Assembly (NCBI GenBank): GCA_016195715.1
Contig: JACPZA010000029.1
Span: 30,493-94,492 of the forward strand
Direction of reading: 5' to 3'
From: Candidatus Daviesbacteria bacterium
GTDB lineage: Bacteria > Patescibacteriota > Microgenomatia > Daviesbacterales > UBA10151
Length of the DNA: 64,000 nt
The translations under genes were made by a program, and so were the position numbers. Below the pieces are notes generated by a model. That model saw nothing but the letters and a program-made list of their open reading frames with translations, did not search any database and was not told the DNA's origin. Positions 45,550 through 54,715 of the stretch are shown here, in pieces. Position 1 is the first letter of the stretch, and each line of letters opens with the position of its first letter.

Positions 45550-46140
45550 TTACTTTTCCTCTTTCTCTCTAGCTTGCTTTAACGCTTTTGTCCACCAAAT
45601 TAGCTGATCCAAAAAACTGTCTTTGACTTCACTTAAAGATTCAAATGGACTCAATTTATCATCAGGTTTTTGACTTTTAACTGCCATATAAACTTGAGAA
45701 GGAAGATAAATTGAAGATCTAATTGGAGCCATTTGCAACTCAATTACTACTTGTCTAAGTTGCTCAACAGAACGTGCTCCATTAACACTACCATAACTTA
45801 CAAACCCGACTGCTTTTTTATTCCAAGGATAATAAATATAATCTAGGGCATTTTTTAAAACAGCTGGGTAACCATGATTATATTCCCCAGTTACTATAAT
45901 ATAGCCATCTGCTTCTGAGATTTTTTCAGCCCACTTCTTAACCTCTGTTTTTTCATATTTACCCTGCAAAGCAGCTGGAGACAAAGCCTCATCGTAGTAT
46001 GGAAGCGGGTAATCTCTTAAATCAACTAACTCCACTTTGATATCAGTTCTTTTCTTAGCTTCATTAAATATCCAATGAGCTGGTTTTTCACTAAATCTAT
46101 TTGGACGGGTTGTTCCAATTATAATTTGAATTTTGGTCAT
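45550..46140 (-). CDS. NADPH-dependent FMN reductase (flavodoxin-like fold)
   Basis: The IIGTTRPNRFS N-terminus is typical of this family. Confidence 0.7.
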   Translation of the reverse strand: MTKIQIIIGTTRPNRFSEKPAHWIFNEAKKRTDIKVELVDLRDYPLPYYDEALSPAALQGKYEKTEVKKWAEKISEADGYIIVTGEYNHGYPAVLKNALDYIYYPWNKKAVGFVSYGSVNGARSVEQLRQVVIELQMAPIRSSIYLPSQVYMAVKSQKPDDKLSPFESLSEVKDSFLDQLIWWTKALKQAREKEEK

Positions 46141-46167
46141 AGTTTGATGTATAATTACTATATATTC

Positions 46168-46196
46168 TATAGTGCTATAAAAAATATAGTACTATA
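46168..46196. promoter_or_regulatory. Two 12-nt palindromic operator candidates (TATAGTGCTATA and TATAGTACTATA) in the divergent HxlR-reductase intergenic region
   Basis: The second site is a perfect palindrome. The sites are separated by A6. Confidence 0.45.
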
Positions 46197-46207
46197 CAAT
46201 TTATAGT

Positions 46208-46528
46208 ATGTCAACTAGTAAAAATAATAAAAAACAAAGCTGCATGAGTGAGGGTTTAAAAATATTGGGAGATTTTTGGACTTTATATATTATTCAAGCT
46301 TTAGAAATTCAAGAAAAAAGATTTTGCCAGTTAGAAAGAGATTTAATCGGGATTAATCCAACCACTTTAACTAATAGATTAAAAAAGTTAGAGCAAGAAA
46401 AAATTATTCAGCGCAGAGAAGAAGTTTTAGATAAGTTATCAGTCAGTTATATTTTAACTGATAAGGGTAAGGCCATTTTACCAATTTTAAAAGAGATTCA
46501 AATTTTTTCTAATAAATTTTTAACTTAA
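46208..46528 (+). CDS. HxlR-family transcriptional regulator
   Basis: CMSEGLKILGDFWTLYIIQAL...PTTLTNRLKKLEQEKII is a winged-helix HxlR signature. Confidence 0.75.
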   Translation: MSTSKNNKKQSCMSEGLKILGDFWTLYIIQALEIQEKRFCQLERDLIGINPTTLTNRLKKLEQEKIIQRREEVLDKLSVSYILTDKGKAILPILKEIQIFSNKFLT

Positions 46529-47382
46529 ACTATTTGAGATAAATCTATCTGGATTTGATCAGCTCTATAAAATAAACACTGTCTAGCCACAGCATTAGCA
46601 AATCTGCCAGCTTCTTCTATATCCCCATGAGTTTTTCTAAATTGATAAGCAAATGAAGCAGCAAAAATATCTCCTGAGCCAACTGAATCGATAATTTCTT
46701 TGCTAGTTACAGGTATAGTCGGAAGCCAAATTTCTCCGTGTCTGGTTAAGGCTAATGCGCCTCTTTCTGCCATGGTAATAACTACAATCAAGTGCCTCTC
46801 TTTAATCCAATTTTTGGAGAGCTTATATGTATCTGGATGATCTTTTTCCGAAACTACTACCAAATCCATACTAGGCAAAACTTTTTCAGCCTTTTTAAAT
46901 TGTCTAGGGATCACTTGGTTATCTTGATCAAAATCCCGAAACTCTCCCTGAGGTAGTAAAACCCTTAAACTATCCGACTTAGTGGCTGAGGTTAACTCAT
47001 TGTAATATCTTGCCCTAAAATTTGGAAGAAGTGGTGCAAAAAAAATTATATCCGCACTTTTTAATACTCTTCTGACTCCTCTACTGACAAATGGTGGATC
47101 CTGATCTCTATGAAAGGCTCTTTGGATTCTGTCTCCATCTAAAGAAGTAATATTTTCGTACACTAACGTCTGATCAAGATTGGGACTTTTAGGACGGATA
47201 TTTACTCTATCTAAAAATTTTCGGAAATCTGGACCATATGAAGCTATGACCCCAGCGTTTACATCAGGGAATTGTTTGTAAAGTCTATTTATAAACATCG
47301 CCGGACTGCCTGGAGTTTCTCCTTGGGAATGCTCTGAAGTATTTCTATCAATACAAACATGCCCAACAATTTCAACTTTCAC
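46525..47382 (-). CDS. PfkB/ribokinase-family sugar kinase
   Basis: C-terminal DSVGSGDIFAASFAY (the anion-hole GAGD motif). Confidence 0.6.
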   Translation of the reverse strand: MKVEIVGHVCIDRNTSEHSQGETPGSPAMFINRLYKQFPDVNAGVIASYGPDFRKFLDRVNIRPKSPNLDQTLVYENITSLDGDRIQRAFHRDQDPPFVSRGVRRVLKSADIIFFAPLLPNFRARYYNELTSATKSDSLRVLLPQGEFRDFDQDNQVIPRQFKKAEKVLPSMDLVVVSEKDHPDTYKLSKNWIKERHLIVVITMAERGALALTRHGEIWLPTIPVTSKEIIDSVGSGDIFAASFAYQFRKTHGDIEEAGRFANAVARQCLFYRADQIQIDLSQIV

Positions 47383-47420
47383 TCAGGGGAGTATAACATC
47401 AAATCTAAAAAACTTATAGG

Positions 47421-48494
47421 TTATGTACTGGATGAGTAGATCGGTAACACTTGTTGCTGTGTTTGAAGGTAGTAATTATCAAGGTACTGCAGTGGTGTTT
47501 GGTAGTCAAGGGTTTGATGAGGTCTGTGGGAGTTGTATTCAATTAACCAGTCAGTTAGTTTCTGGTTAAAATCAATTGTGTAGTATGGATCAATGTCAGT
47601 AATTTCCACAAACTCTTCTTGGATAGTTCTGTTAAAGCGCTCTAGAACTGAATTATCCTTGGGAGTATGAGGCCTGGAGAAGTAGTGGGGTAATTTAAGG
47701 GTTCTGCAGGCCACTGAAAACTCCTTTAAAAACTCAGAGCCATTATCTGTATGGATATTAATTATCTGGTTGTCTGTGACATACAAAAGCCTTTCTAGAA
47801 AGTCTTTGGCTGAGGCAGAGGTATGAGTATAAGTGTACAACCTGGCATATGCTAGTTTTGAGACATCATCAATGGCAGTGATTAAATATCTGTATCCACC
47901 CTCAGCAAGGGTTAAAATCACTGTATCAACATGCCACAAGTGATTGACTTTGTTTTCCTTAACTAGCTTGGTAATTTTCATCCTTTTAATGGAAATTAGC
48001 TTCCTTTTTCTCCTTTTAAAGATAGTTGGTTTGTCAAAGTATAGTTCATTCTCCTCAATAACCTTCTGGATTTTCCATGAGCTAATCTGTTCTCCATAAT
48101 CTTGTTGGTAAATACTCACCAGTTTCATCTTGCCATAGCTAGGATATTTTTCTCTTAAGTGCCTGATCCTTGTCCTTTGGATCAAATTAATCTGTCTGGT
48201 TCTGGTTTTGTGAGGAGCAGTAGTAATCTCTTCCAGGGTAGCTAATTGATTCCTTTTAAATCTTTTTAACCATTTATGGATTGTTTTTCTGGTAATTCCA
48301 AACTGTGAGGCTGTTGCTGAAGCGTTCTCTTTCCCCTGTGTGTAATAATATATTATCCATTCCAGTTTTAACTGAGCCTGAGGACTAATTTCCTTCTGAG
48401 CTTTTTGTCTGATCTGGTGCCAATTGGGTTTGAGTCTTTCCTGATCTTTGTCCCGGAAGAAATACATCTGGTATGTTTTGCGTTTTCTGGGCAT
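47421..48494 (-). CDS. DDE transposase, IS481-type (HTH plus rve integrase core)
   Basis: Catalytic D...D...E: HVDTV, HTDNGSEF and a distal E (NSVLERFNRTIQEE). Confidence 0.8.
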   Translation of the reverse strand: MPRKRKTYQMYFFRDKDQERLKPNWHQIRQKAQKEISPQAQLKLEWIIYYYTQGKENASATASQFGITRKTIHKWLKRFKRNQLATLEEITTAPHKTRTRQINLIQRTRIRHLREKYPSYGKMKLVSIYQQDYGEQISSWKIQKVIEENELYFDKPTIFKRRKRKLISIKRMKITKLVKENKVNHLWHVDTVILTLAEGGYRYLITAIDDVSKLAYARLYTYTHTSASAKDFLERLLYVTDNQIINIHTDNGSEFLKEFSVACRTLKLPHYFSRPHTPKDNSVLERFNRTIQEEFVEITDIDPYYTIDFNQKLTDWLIEYNSHRPHQTLDYQTPLQYLDNYYLQTQQQVLPIYSSST

Positions 48495-48556
48495 CGGTTA
48501 AAGTCACCTCCTTCGGTAAAAATTCTACCTTAAGTGTGTAACCGATGTATCTCATC
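47431..48556 (-). mobile_element. IS481-like insertion sequence (about 1.13 kb) with imperfect terminal inverted repeats
   Basis: The left inverted repeat GATGAGTAGATCGGTAACAC (47431-47450) matches the reverse complement of the right inverted repeat GATGAGATACATCGGTTACAC (48536-48556). Single transposase ORF. GC is higher than the genome average. Confidence 0.6.
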
Positions 48557-49164
48557 TTCTGCAGGTTATTTAAACTTTTCCAAAGAACTCTAGCAGCATG
48601 AGTTTTATATGGACTCCATTTAGCAACTATTTTTTCTATTTGCTCTTTAGTGGGATTTTCTAATTTATAAAGCTTTTTTAAGGCATTTTTTAACCCTAAA
48701 TCGCCATAAGAAAATATATCTTCCCTTCCCAAACTAAACATTAAAAACATCTCTGCAGTCCATTTACCAATCCCTTTAACTTTAGTTAGTTGTTCAATCA
48801 CCTGTTCATCATCCAATACTTTTAGTTTACTTAAATCAAGCTCCTTAGAAATTAACTTTTCTGCCAAATCTTTCAGGTATTTAATTTTAGGGAAAGATGT
48901 GCCAGTAGTTCTAATCTGATCATCAGACAGCTTTAACAAATCTTTGGGATCAATGATTTCTCTTTTAAATAACTTTTTAAATCTGGCTAAAATGGTATTT
49001 GAAACTTTAACTGAGAGTTGTTGAGAGATAATTGAATCTACTAGGTCTAAAAAATATCCACTTTCGTCTCTAATTTTAAGTGGCTCAAGTTTATCTAATT
49101 TTTTAATAACAGAATACAAAGTCCTATCGACTTTTTTAAAGTGTTTACGAATCTTTGGATCCAT
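48385..49164 (-). CDS. HhH-GPD DNA glycosylase (AlkA/Mag-like); the C-terminus is replaced or extended by readthrough into the IS end
   Basis: VKGIGKWTAEMFLMFSLGR...SYGDLGL is a helix-hairpin-helix Gly/Pro-rich loop with the catalytic Asp. Residues beyond ~202 are encoded by the IS terminal repeat. Confidence 0.65.
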   Translation of the reverse strand: MDPKIRKHFKKVDRTLYSVIKKLDKLEPLKIRDESGYFLDLVDSIISQQLSVKVSNTILARFKKLFKREIIDPKDLLKLSDDQIRTTGTSFPKIKYLKDLAEKLISKELDLSKLKVLDDEQVIEQLTKVKGIGKWTAEMFLMFSLGREDIFSYGDLGLKNALKKLYKLENPTKEQIEKIVAKWSPYKTHAARVLWKSLNNLQKMRYIGYTLKVEFLPKEVTLTDAQKTQNIPDVFLPGQRSGKTQTQLAPDQTKSSEGN

Positions 49165-49177
49165 GAAAACTAATCAG

Positions 49178-49561
49178 TTAAGACTCTCTAACTTGAACAA
49201 TTTGGAAATAGTTTCCATCAATGTCCTCATAAGTTTGAATCTTGCCATAACCTTCAATATGGTGTAAGGTACCCACCTTTTTAACTCCAGCTCTATCTAG
49301 CCTTTCAATCTCTGATTCTATCTTATCCACCTCCAAATTAAACATAATTCTCTCTGGCTCCTTGGATTTACCATGAACTTCTGAGTGATGAACTATATAA
49401 AGCTTCATCTCATCAAAGCCAAACATTGGTTCATTTTTCTCCCCCATTTCAGCTTCCAGAGTTTGTTTTAAACCTACTTTTTCTCTATAAAACTCAGCTA
49501 ATTTAGTAGGATCTTCACTAAAAATTGTTAAACTTTCAAAACCTCTAAACATTTTCTTCAC
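49178..49561 (-). CDS. VOC/glyoxalase-fold protein
   Basis: 127 aa. Glyoxalase-like beta-alpha-beta-beta-beta pattern. Confidence 0.5.
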   Translation of the reverse strand: MKKMFRGFESLTIFSEDPTKLAEFYREKVGLKQTLEAEMGEKNEPMFGFDEMKLYIVHHSEVHGKSKEPERIMFNLEVDKIESEIERLDRAGVKKVGTLHHIEGYGKIQTYEDIDGNYFQIVQVRES

Positions 49562-49635
49562 CTCCTTTAGTCCACTGTAGCTTTATGCGAAAGGGACTTT
49601 TTTCTAACCTTAGTTTAACTTTATTTAAAATAAAT

Positions 49636-50514
49636 TCAAGAGTTAGTATTTTTTAACCAATTCAAAATTAAATCAGTAACCTCTTGCTCATGATTAAAAT
49701 AACTGTGTGGAGCGTCCTTAATAACTTCTATATCAAACTTGGGACAATTTTTAGCTTTGGATTTAATAATTTCTAAAGCTTCTTTTGGAGTTTTAGTTAT
49801 ACAAATATCATCACCTGTTCCAAAAAAAGCTAAAGTTGGGATTTTAATACTCTCCAAAGCAATCGATCTAGTGTGCTTGGCGTAAGTATTAAAAATGTCA
49901 ATTGAATTTCCTCTAGTAACAAAGTTCAAATAAGTACTTGCTGATAAGTATGCCCAGTCTCCTAGTACTTTTGGAAAAATTTCTTCACCTTTTCCCTCAC
50001 TAACCCTTTTTTTAGAGAGTTCTGCTGTTTGCTTGCTTCCAGACCATCTTTCTATCATGCCCACCATATCAGTTGGAGAAGCTAAACTTAAATTTTTAAC
50101 CCTTTTATCTTTAGTTTCAGATAAGTAATAAACTACTTTTGAACAACCTAAACTGTGTCCTTGCAAAGTAATTTGAGAAAACTTTTTTGCTGCAAAATCC
50201 ATCCAACATTTGATATCCAAAACACATTCTTCAAACTTCTCAAAAACATTACCGATTCTAATATCATCTTCCTTATCTCCGGCAATTGGAAAATCTGCTA
50301 TGTAATCATGACCTCTGGTATTAACAGCTAAAAAAGCATAACCATTCTTTGTAAAAGTTTTGGCCATGTAATCTAGGAACCTATTTTCATAAAAATTTCC
50401 CGCCATGCCATGAATATGTAAAATTAGTTTGTTAGTTTTCTGCTCAGGTTCATAAAGCAAACCCTGTAGAATTAAATTATCTGAAGTAGTTTGGCGATGA
50501 AATGATGTCTTCAT
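49636..50514 (-). CDS. Alpha/beta-hydrolase-fold protein
   Basis: GHSLG nucleophile elbow. C-terminal D and H of the catalytic triad. Confidence 0.6.
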   Translation of the reverse strand: MKTSFHRQTTSDNLILQGLLYEPEQKTNKLILHIHGMAGNFYENRFLDYMAKTFTKNGYAFLAVNTRGHDYIADFPIAGDKEDDIRIGNVFEKFEECVLDIKCWMDFAAKKFSQITLQGHSLGCSKVVYYLSETKDKRVKNLSLASPTDMVGMIERWSGSKQTAELSKKRVSEGKGEEIFPKVLGDWAYLSASTYLNFVTRGNSIDIFNTYAKHTRSIALESIKIPTLAFFGTGDDICITKTPKEALEIIKSKAKNCPKFDIEVIKDAPHSYFNHEQEVTDLILNWLKNTNS

Positions 50515-50551
50515 GCCAGAAATATAGCACTTTTGCTCTTACATTAAAACC

Positions 50552-51388
50552 TTATTGGCAAATAGCATTAATAGCAGATATATCTTCACTTGAAGCAATA
50601 GTTGTTTGAGTAGTGTAGGGAAACATAATAGCTTTTGGGTCTTGAATATGTTCTAAACCTAAGGCATGACCAAACTCATGAGCTAAAGTGTGAATTAATT
50701 CATTTTGAGAATTGTCAAAATAAATATCAATTTCTGATTTATTTGGATCAAAAATTCCCTCTTCTGGCTTATATTGCAAGGCATAGTTAAAATTAGAAAT
50801 AGATTGATTTAAGCTATTTACTTCTGAGTTATATGAAACAGTTGAGTGATGTAGAGTTTTAGCTAGCTGATTAATTTGACTCACTTCTTGCCTCAGTGCA
50901 TTTTGCTGACTAATAATTGAGTTATAAACATCTTTTGGCGCACCACCTTTGCTATTCCACTCTCTAATTTGGGCATTTAAAGAAGCAGCTTTAGCATTAA
51001 AATCTGCAACTAAACTAGCATATTGAGCTTCCAGCTCATTAATTGAGCTTTTGCTATTTTGTAAATCTGACTCTTTGGAATTAATATTATTTTCCAAAGC
51101 TTGTCTTTGGTCATAAATCATATTGATGGTTAAAGATCCATTAGGGTCATAAATAAATAGTTGCTTGCCTTCAGCGCCGCTCCAAACACTTGCAGCTTGG
51201 GCTAAATCTGCTTGAAATTGACTGTCTGATAAATTAAACCTTGAATCAAGGGAGCCAATTTTATAGTGAATTGGACTGTTACATGGATTTTGATGCAGCA
51301 ACTCGCTAATCTTTTTAGGAAAAGGTTGATTTAAGCTGCCAAAAAAGACCAAAACAAAAACAACTAAAGCTAAAAGTAAACTGGTCAT
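50552..51388 (-). CDS. Membrane-anchored metzincin-like zinc metalloprotease with an internal coiled-coil insert
   Basis: HEFGHALGLEH is a HExxHxxGxxH zincin/metzincin motif. N-terminal transmembrane segment. Residues 95-200 are low-complexity coiled coil. Confidence 0.55.
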   Translation of the reverse strand: MTSLLLALVVFVLVFFGSLNQPFPKKISELLHQNPCNSPIHYKIGSLDSRFNLSDSQFQADLAQAASVWSGAEGKQLFIYDPNGSLTINMIYDQRQALENNINSKESDLQNSKSSINELEAQYASLVADFNAKAASLNAQIREWNSKGGAPKDVYNSIISQQNALRQEVSQINQLAKTLHHSTVSYNSEVNSLNQSISNFNYALQYKPEEGIFDPNKSEIDIYFDNSQNELIHTLAHEFGHALGLEHIQDPKAIMFPYTTQTTIASSEDISAINAICQ

Positions 51389-51431
51389 ATCTTTAATTAA
51401 ACCAAATTTGCTTAAGAAAATGTTAAGAAAT

Positions 51432-51466
51432 AAAAAATCCCGCCCCTTTGACTAGGCGGGATTTTA
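51432..51466 (-). terminator. Rho-independent terminator after the DUF378 gene: ATCCCGCC/GGCGGGAT 8-bp stem, 10-nt loop, T-tract on the minus strand
   Basis: Perfect GC-rich stem with a TTTTTA run on the minus strand. Confidence 0.6.
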
Positions 51467-51487
51467 CTTTAAATAATACCCAAAATT

Positions 51488-51715
51488 TTATCTTTTACCC
51501 TTAGCGCTACAAATCTTACAATCATTCATGTGAGTAGCTAAAATATAAACTCCAGAAGCCCCAATTAAAACATAAACTAAACTTTCCAGGGATGGAACTG
51601 AACCAAACACCGTAGCTACTAAATTAAATCCAAACAGACCAACTAACCCCCAATTTATTGCTCCTACTGCCATGAGCAAAAATGTCACCATGTGAAGTTG
51701 TTTTATAGAAATCAC
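51488..51715 (-). CDS. DUF378-family small membrane protein
   Basis: Two transmembrane segments with the INWGLVGLFGFNLV motif. Confidence 0.5.
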   Translation of the reverse strand: MISIKQLHMVTFLLMAVGAINWGLVGLFGFNLVATVFGSVPSLESLVYVLIGASGVYILATHMNDCKICSAKGKR

Positions 51716-52070
51716 CTCCTAATTTTAAATACTAGTTTAGTGTATTCACAAAATTAGGAGGTTAGCAAGAGGCAGTTTACTCTTCTGTTAAACCACTATC
51801 TTCCTCCATGCCTGGATTAGAAGACTTATTTGGGTTAGTTTCTTGATCTTCATCTGCAACCCTACCTATTTCACTATAATATTCCTCTTGATTTTGCTCT
51901 TCTTTGGCTGTTTGTTTGCTCTTTTCTCTAGTTTGTTTTTTTTGATCCTCGATCAATTTTCTCACCCCCTTTTAGTTCTAATTAAATAGAATAAGGCAAC
52001 TAATTAAGATGCAAACAAAAACTGAGTAAGGATTGAGCAAGAAAGCTTTAACTTTGCTATTATTTGGCAA

Positions 52071-52619
52071 ATGAAAAAATATTCAAATGGAGTTGTCGTT
52101 GGCAGATTTCAACCCTTTCATAAAGGGCATTTAGATTATGTTTTAAAAGCACTAAAAGAAACTGAAAATTTATATATTGGAATTACCACTCCTGGAAAAA
52201 AACCTACTCAATATGAACCAGTAAGTCCAGAAAGATTTGGTAAAAAGAATAATCCCTTTACATTTAAAGAGAGGAAAGCGATGATCGCTCAAAGCTTGCT
52301 GGATGAAAAAATAGACCTAAAAAGAATTAAGTTTGTCCATTACCAACCAGCTAATACAAAGTCATGGTTTAAAAAAGTTCCCAAAAATGCAGTTTATTTC
52401 TTATTACTACTTTCTCAAAGTGAAGATGTAAAAGTTAAAGCTATGCAAGCCCAAGGATTAGAAGTAATAGTTTTAGAAACTAAGTCAGAAAGGTCTCACC
52501 AAGGATTTGATATTCGCCAAAAAATTTTAGCTGGTGAAACTTGGGAAAATTTAGTTCCCATGGCTGTTGAAAAGATATTAAAAAAACTAGATCTTTTGGA
52601 GCGTTTGAAAATTGAGTAG
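52071..52619 (+). CDS. Nucleotidyltransferase of the cytidylyltransferase-like superfamily (archaeal NadM-type NMN adenylyltransferase-like)
   Basis: The N-terminal GRFQPFHKGH is the (H/T)xGH motif of NMNAT/CTase enzymes. Confidence 0.55.
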   Translation: MKKYSNGVVVGRFQPFHKGHLDYVLKALKETENLYIGITTPGKKPTQYEPVSPERFGKKNNPFTFKERKAMIAQSLLDEKIDLKRIKFVHYQPANTKSWFKKVPKNAVYFLLLLSQSEDVKVKAMQAQGLEVIVLETKSERSHQGFDIRQKILAGETWENLVPMAVEKILKKLDLLERLKIE

Positions 52620-52643
52620 GGATAAGCTAAAGTTATAGTTGTT

Positions 52644-54221
52644 ATGGATGAGTACCAAAAAAACTTAACTCCCCTAGCTGAATATTTACTGTCTGAGCTT
52701 GATAAAAACCAGACTCCGAATCATGACCGGAAATTATCAGTTAATCCAGTTGTTTCAGAGGTGGCTACTTGGTATGAAAAATTCAGAAATGCTATGGATA
52801 ATAGAGAAGATGATGTTTTACTTAGAGCAGCTATTGAGCGAATTTTAAAAAGACGTCTTTTGCTTGGGGGAACAGGTCAAGGTGTAGCCCAACCTTTAAT
52901 TAGAGAGTTACTTTGGGCACGCTATTTTCCTGAGGCAACCTTACCTGAATCAACAATTAATCAAGTTGAACAGGTCATAGATCATTATCTAAAGTTGCAA
53001 CACAAAGTTTTAAATAAACACAAAATTAATCGAAATACCTTACATGAATGGATAATGCAATTGATGTCAGCAGAAATTGAGCATGTTTTAAACCCTAATC
53101 CAGAAAAAGAGTTGATGTCTAATTTTATGTTTCAAACTTATCGCAGCGCGATTCTTATTGCTGATGATAGTGAAGAAGTTCGTGATGTTCAAGTTTTTAT
53201 AGCTGTCCATCGTACCTTTGCCAAAGAAGACTTAGCTCTACTTCGCTACAATCTTTTTAATCAACTGTTCGGTAAAGTTACAGTAGAAAATATTGAGAAA
53301 ATCTCTGATAATTTTGTGACTGGCATTAAAGAGATTGAAAGTCAGTTAAGCTATTCACTTAAAGATAAGATCTATACTTTTATAAAAAGACAAACAGTAC
53401 CTTTTTTTATTTTGGAAGATGTTTTTAGAGCTAACAAAGGCAGAAACAAGCAACTTGTTTCAAATTTAAGTCAGTTTAATGTTTCAATCTTAGACTCGTG
53501 CTCGCAAAAATATAAAGGAATCAAAGCTAAAGTCCAGCGCGCTATTGTTCGAGGTGTAATTTTTATTTTTGTTACCAAAGCTGTTTTTGCACTAGCAGTT
53601 GAAGGAACATATGAAAGTTTAATTTATGGACAAATAATCTGGTCCTCTATTGCTTTAAACACCTTAATCCCACCAGTTTTAATGATTATTGTAGGTTTAC
53701 TTATAAAAACACCTGATAAAGAAAACTCAATTCGGATTGCTGAGCGAATTCATAGTATTTTATTTTCCTACTCCCCAGTTGCAGAGCCACTCACTTTGAA
53801 AAAAGCTCCTGCAAAAACCAATCCACTCCTTATGGGTATGTTTATTTTGCTTTGGTTACTAGCTTTTGGGGTTGGATTTGGCTCAATAATTTTTGTTTTG
53901 ACTATGCTTCACTTTAATCTAATTAGCCAAGCAGTTTTTCTTTTCTTTTTGACAATAGTTTCATTTATCTCCTTTAGAATTAATCAAACTGCCCACATTT
54001 ACTCTATCTCTGATAATAAGCAGAATTTTAAATCAGTTTTATTTGATTTTTTCTTTATGCCTTTTATTCAGCTCGGCAGGAGATTAACTGAAGATATTTC
54101 TAAAATAAATATCTTTTTATTTGTTTTTGATTTTATTATTGAAGCTCCTTTTAAAGGTATTTTTGCTTTTTTTGAACAGTGGTTTTATTACCTTAGAACT
54201 CAAAGAGAAAAACTTGGATGA
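52644..54221 (+). CDS. Hypothetical protein with a soluble N-terminal domain and C-terminal multi-TM region
   Basis: 525 aa. Four or five C-terminal hydrophobic segments. Overlaps the next gene by 4 nt. Confidence 0.45.
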   Translation: MDEYQKNLTPLAEYLLSELDKNQTPNHDRKLSVNPVVSEVATWYEKFRNAMDNREDDVLLRAAIERILKRRLLLGGTGQGVAQPLIRELLWARYFPEATLPESTINQVEQVIDHYLKLQHKVLNKHKINRNTLHEWIMQLMSAEIEHVLNPNPEKELMSNFMFQTYRSAILIADDSEEVRDVQVFIAVHRTFAKEDLALLRYNLFNQLFGKVTVENIEKISDNFVTGIKEIESQLSYSLKDKIYTFIKRQTVPFFILEDVFRANKGRNKQLVSNLSQFNVSILDSCSQKYKGIKAKVQRAIVRGVIFIFVTKAVFALAVEGTYESLIYGQIIWSSIALNTLIPPVLMIIVGLLIKTPDKENSIRIAERIHSILFSYSPVAEPLTLKKAPAKTNPLLMGMFILLWLLAFGVGFGSIIFVLTMLHFNLISQAVFLFFLTIVSFISFRINQTAHIYSISDNKQNFKSVLFDFFFMPFIQLGRRLTEDISKINIFLFVFDFIIEAPFKGIFAFFEQWFYYLRTQREKLG

Positions 54222-54715
54222 TCGCTTTTGGACATACCGGTGCTGGAGCAAGCATTGGACTTTTAGGTTATTCATTATACAAAGACTCAAACCCAATTTT
54301 AGGTTTGGGTTATACAGCTGGTTTGGGGATAATTTCTCACTATATTTTAGATTTTGTACCTCATGGACATTTTGTTAAACCAGCCAAACTGCATAAATAT
54401 TTAATACCTATCTTAGTTGGAGATGTCTTTTTAAGTGTTTTAATTTTCTTAGGAGCTGATTTTCTGAAGGAAGGACTAACTTTGCGATTTTTATATATTT
54501 TATTTGGAATTGGCGGCTCACTTTTACCAGATATAGTAGATGGATTAATGGAAATAAAATATCTTCCCAGGAATTTGTTATTTAAAATAGAATATGGCTT
54601 TCATAAAGGACTACATTGGCATGGTAAAGATGGAAAGACCAGATTGCTAGATTTTATTGATATTTGGCAAATTGCACTAATACTTTATTCATTATTTTTA
54701 ATGTTAAAAACTTAA
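54218..54715 (+). CDS. Membrane protein, possibly a YdjM/DUF457-like metal-dependent membrane hydrolase
   Basis: Histidine and aspartate residues embedded in transmembrane helices (HYILDFVPHGH). Weak assignment. Confidence 0.35.
   Translation: MIAFGHTGAGASIGLLGYSLYKDSNPILGLGYTAGLGIISHYILDFVPHGHFVKPAKLHKYLIPILVGDVFLSVLIFLGADFLKEGLTLRFLYILFGIGGSLLPDIVDGLMEIKYLPRNLLFKIEYGFHKGLHWHGKDGKTRLLDFIDIWQIALILYSLFLMLKT

Noticed and set aside
37209-51770. Shared 11-mer TAGCAAGAGGC at 37211 and 51761
   Set aside because: Hundreds of 11-mer coincidences are expected between two strands of a 64-kb window, and there is no supporting flanking similarity.
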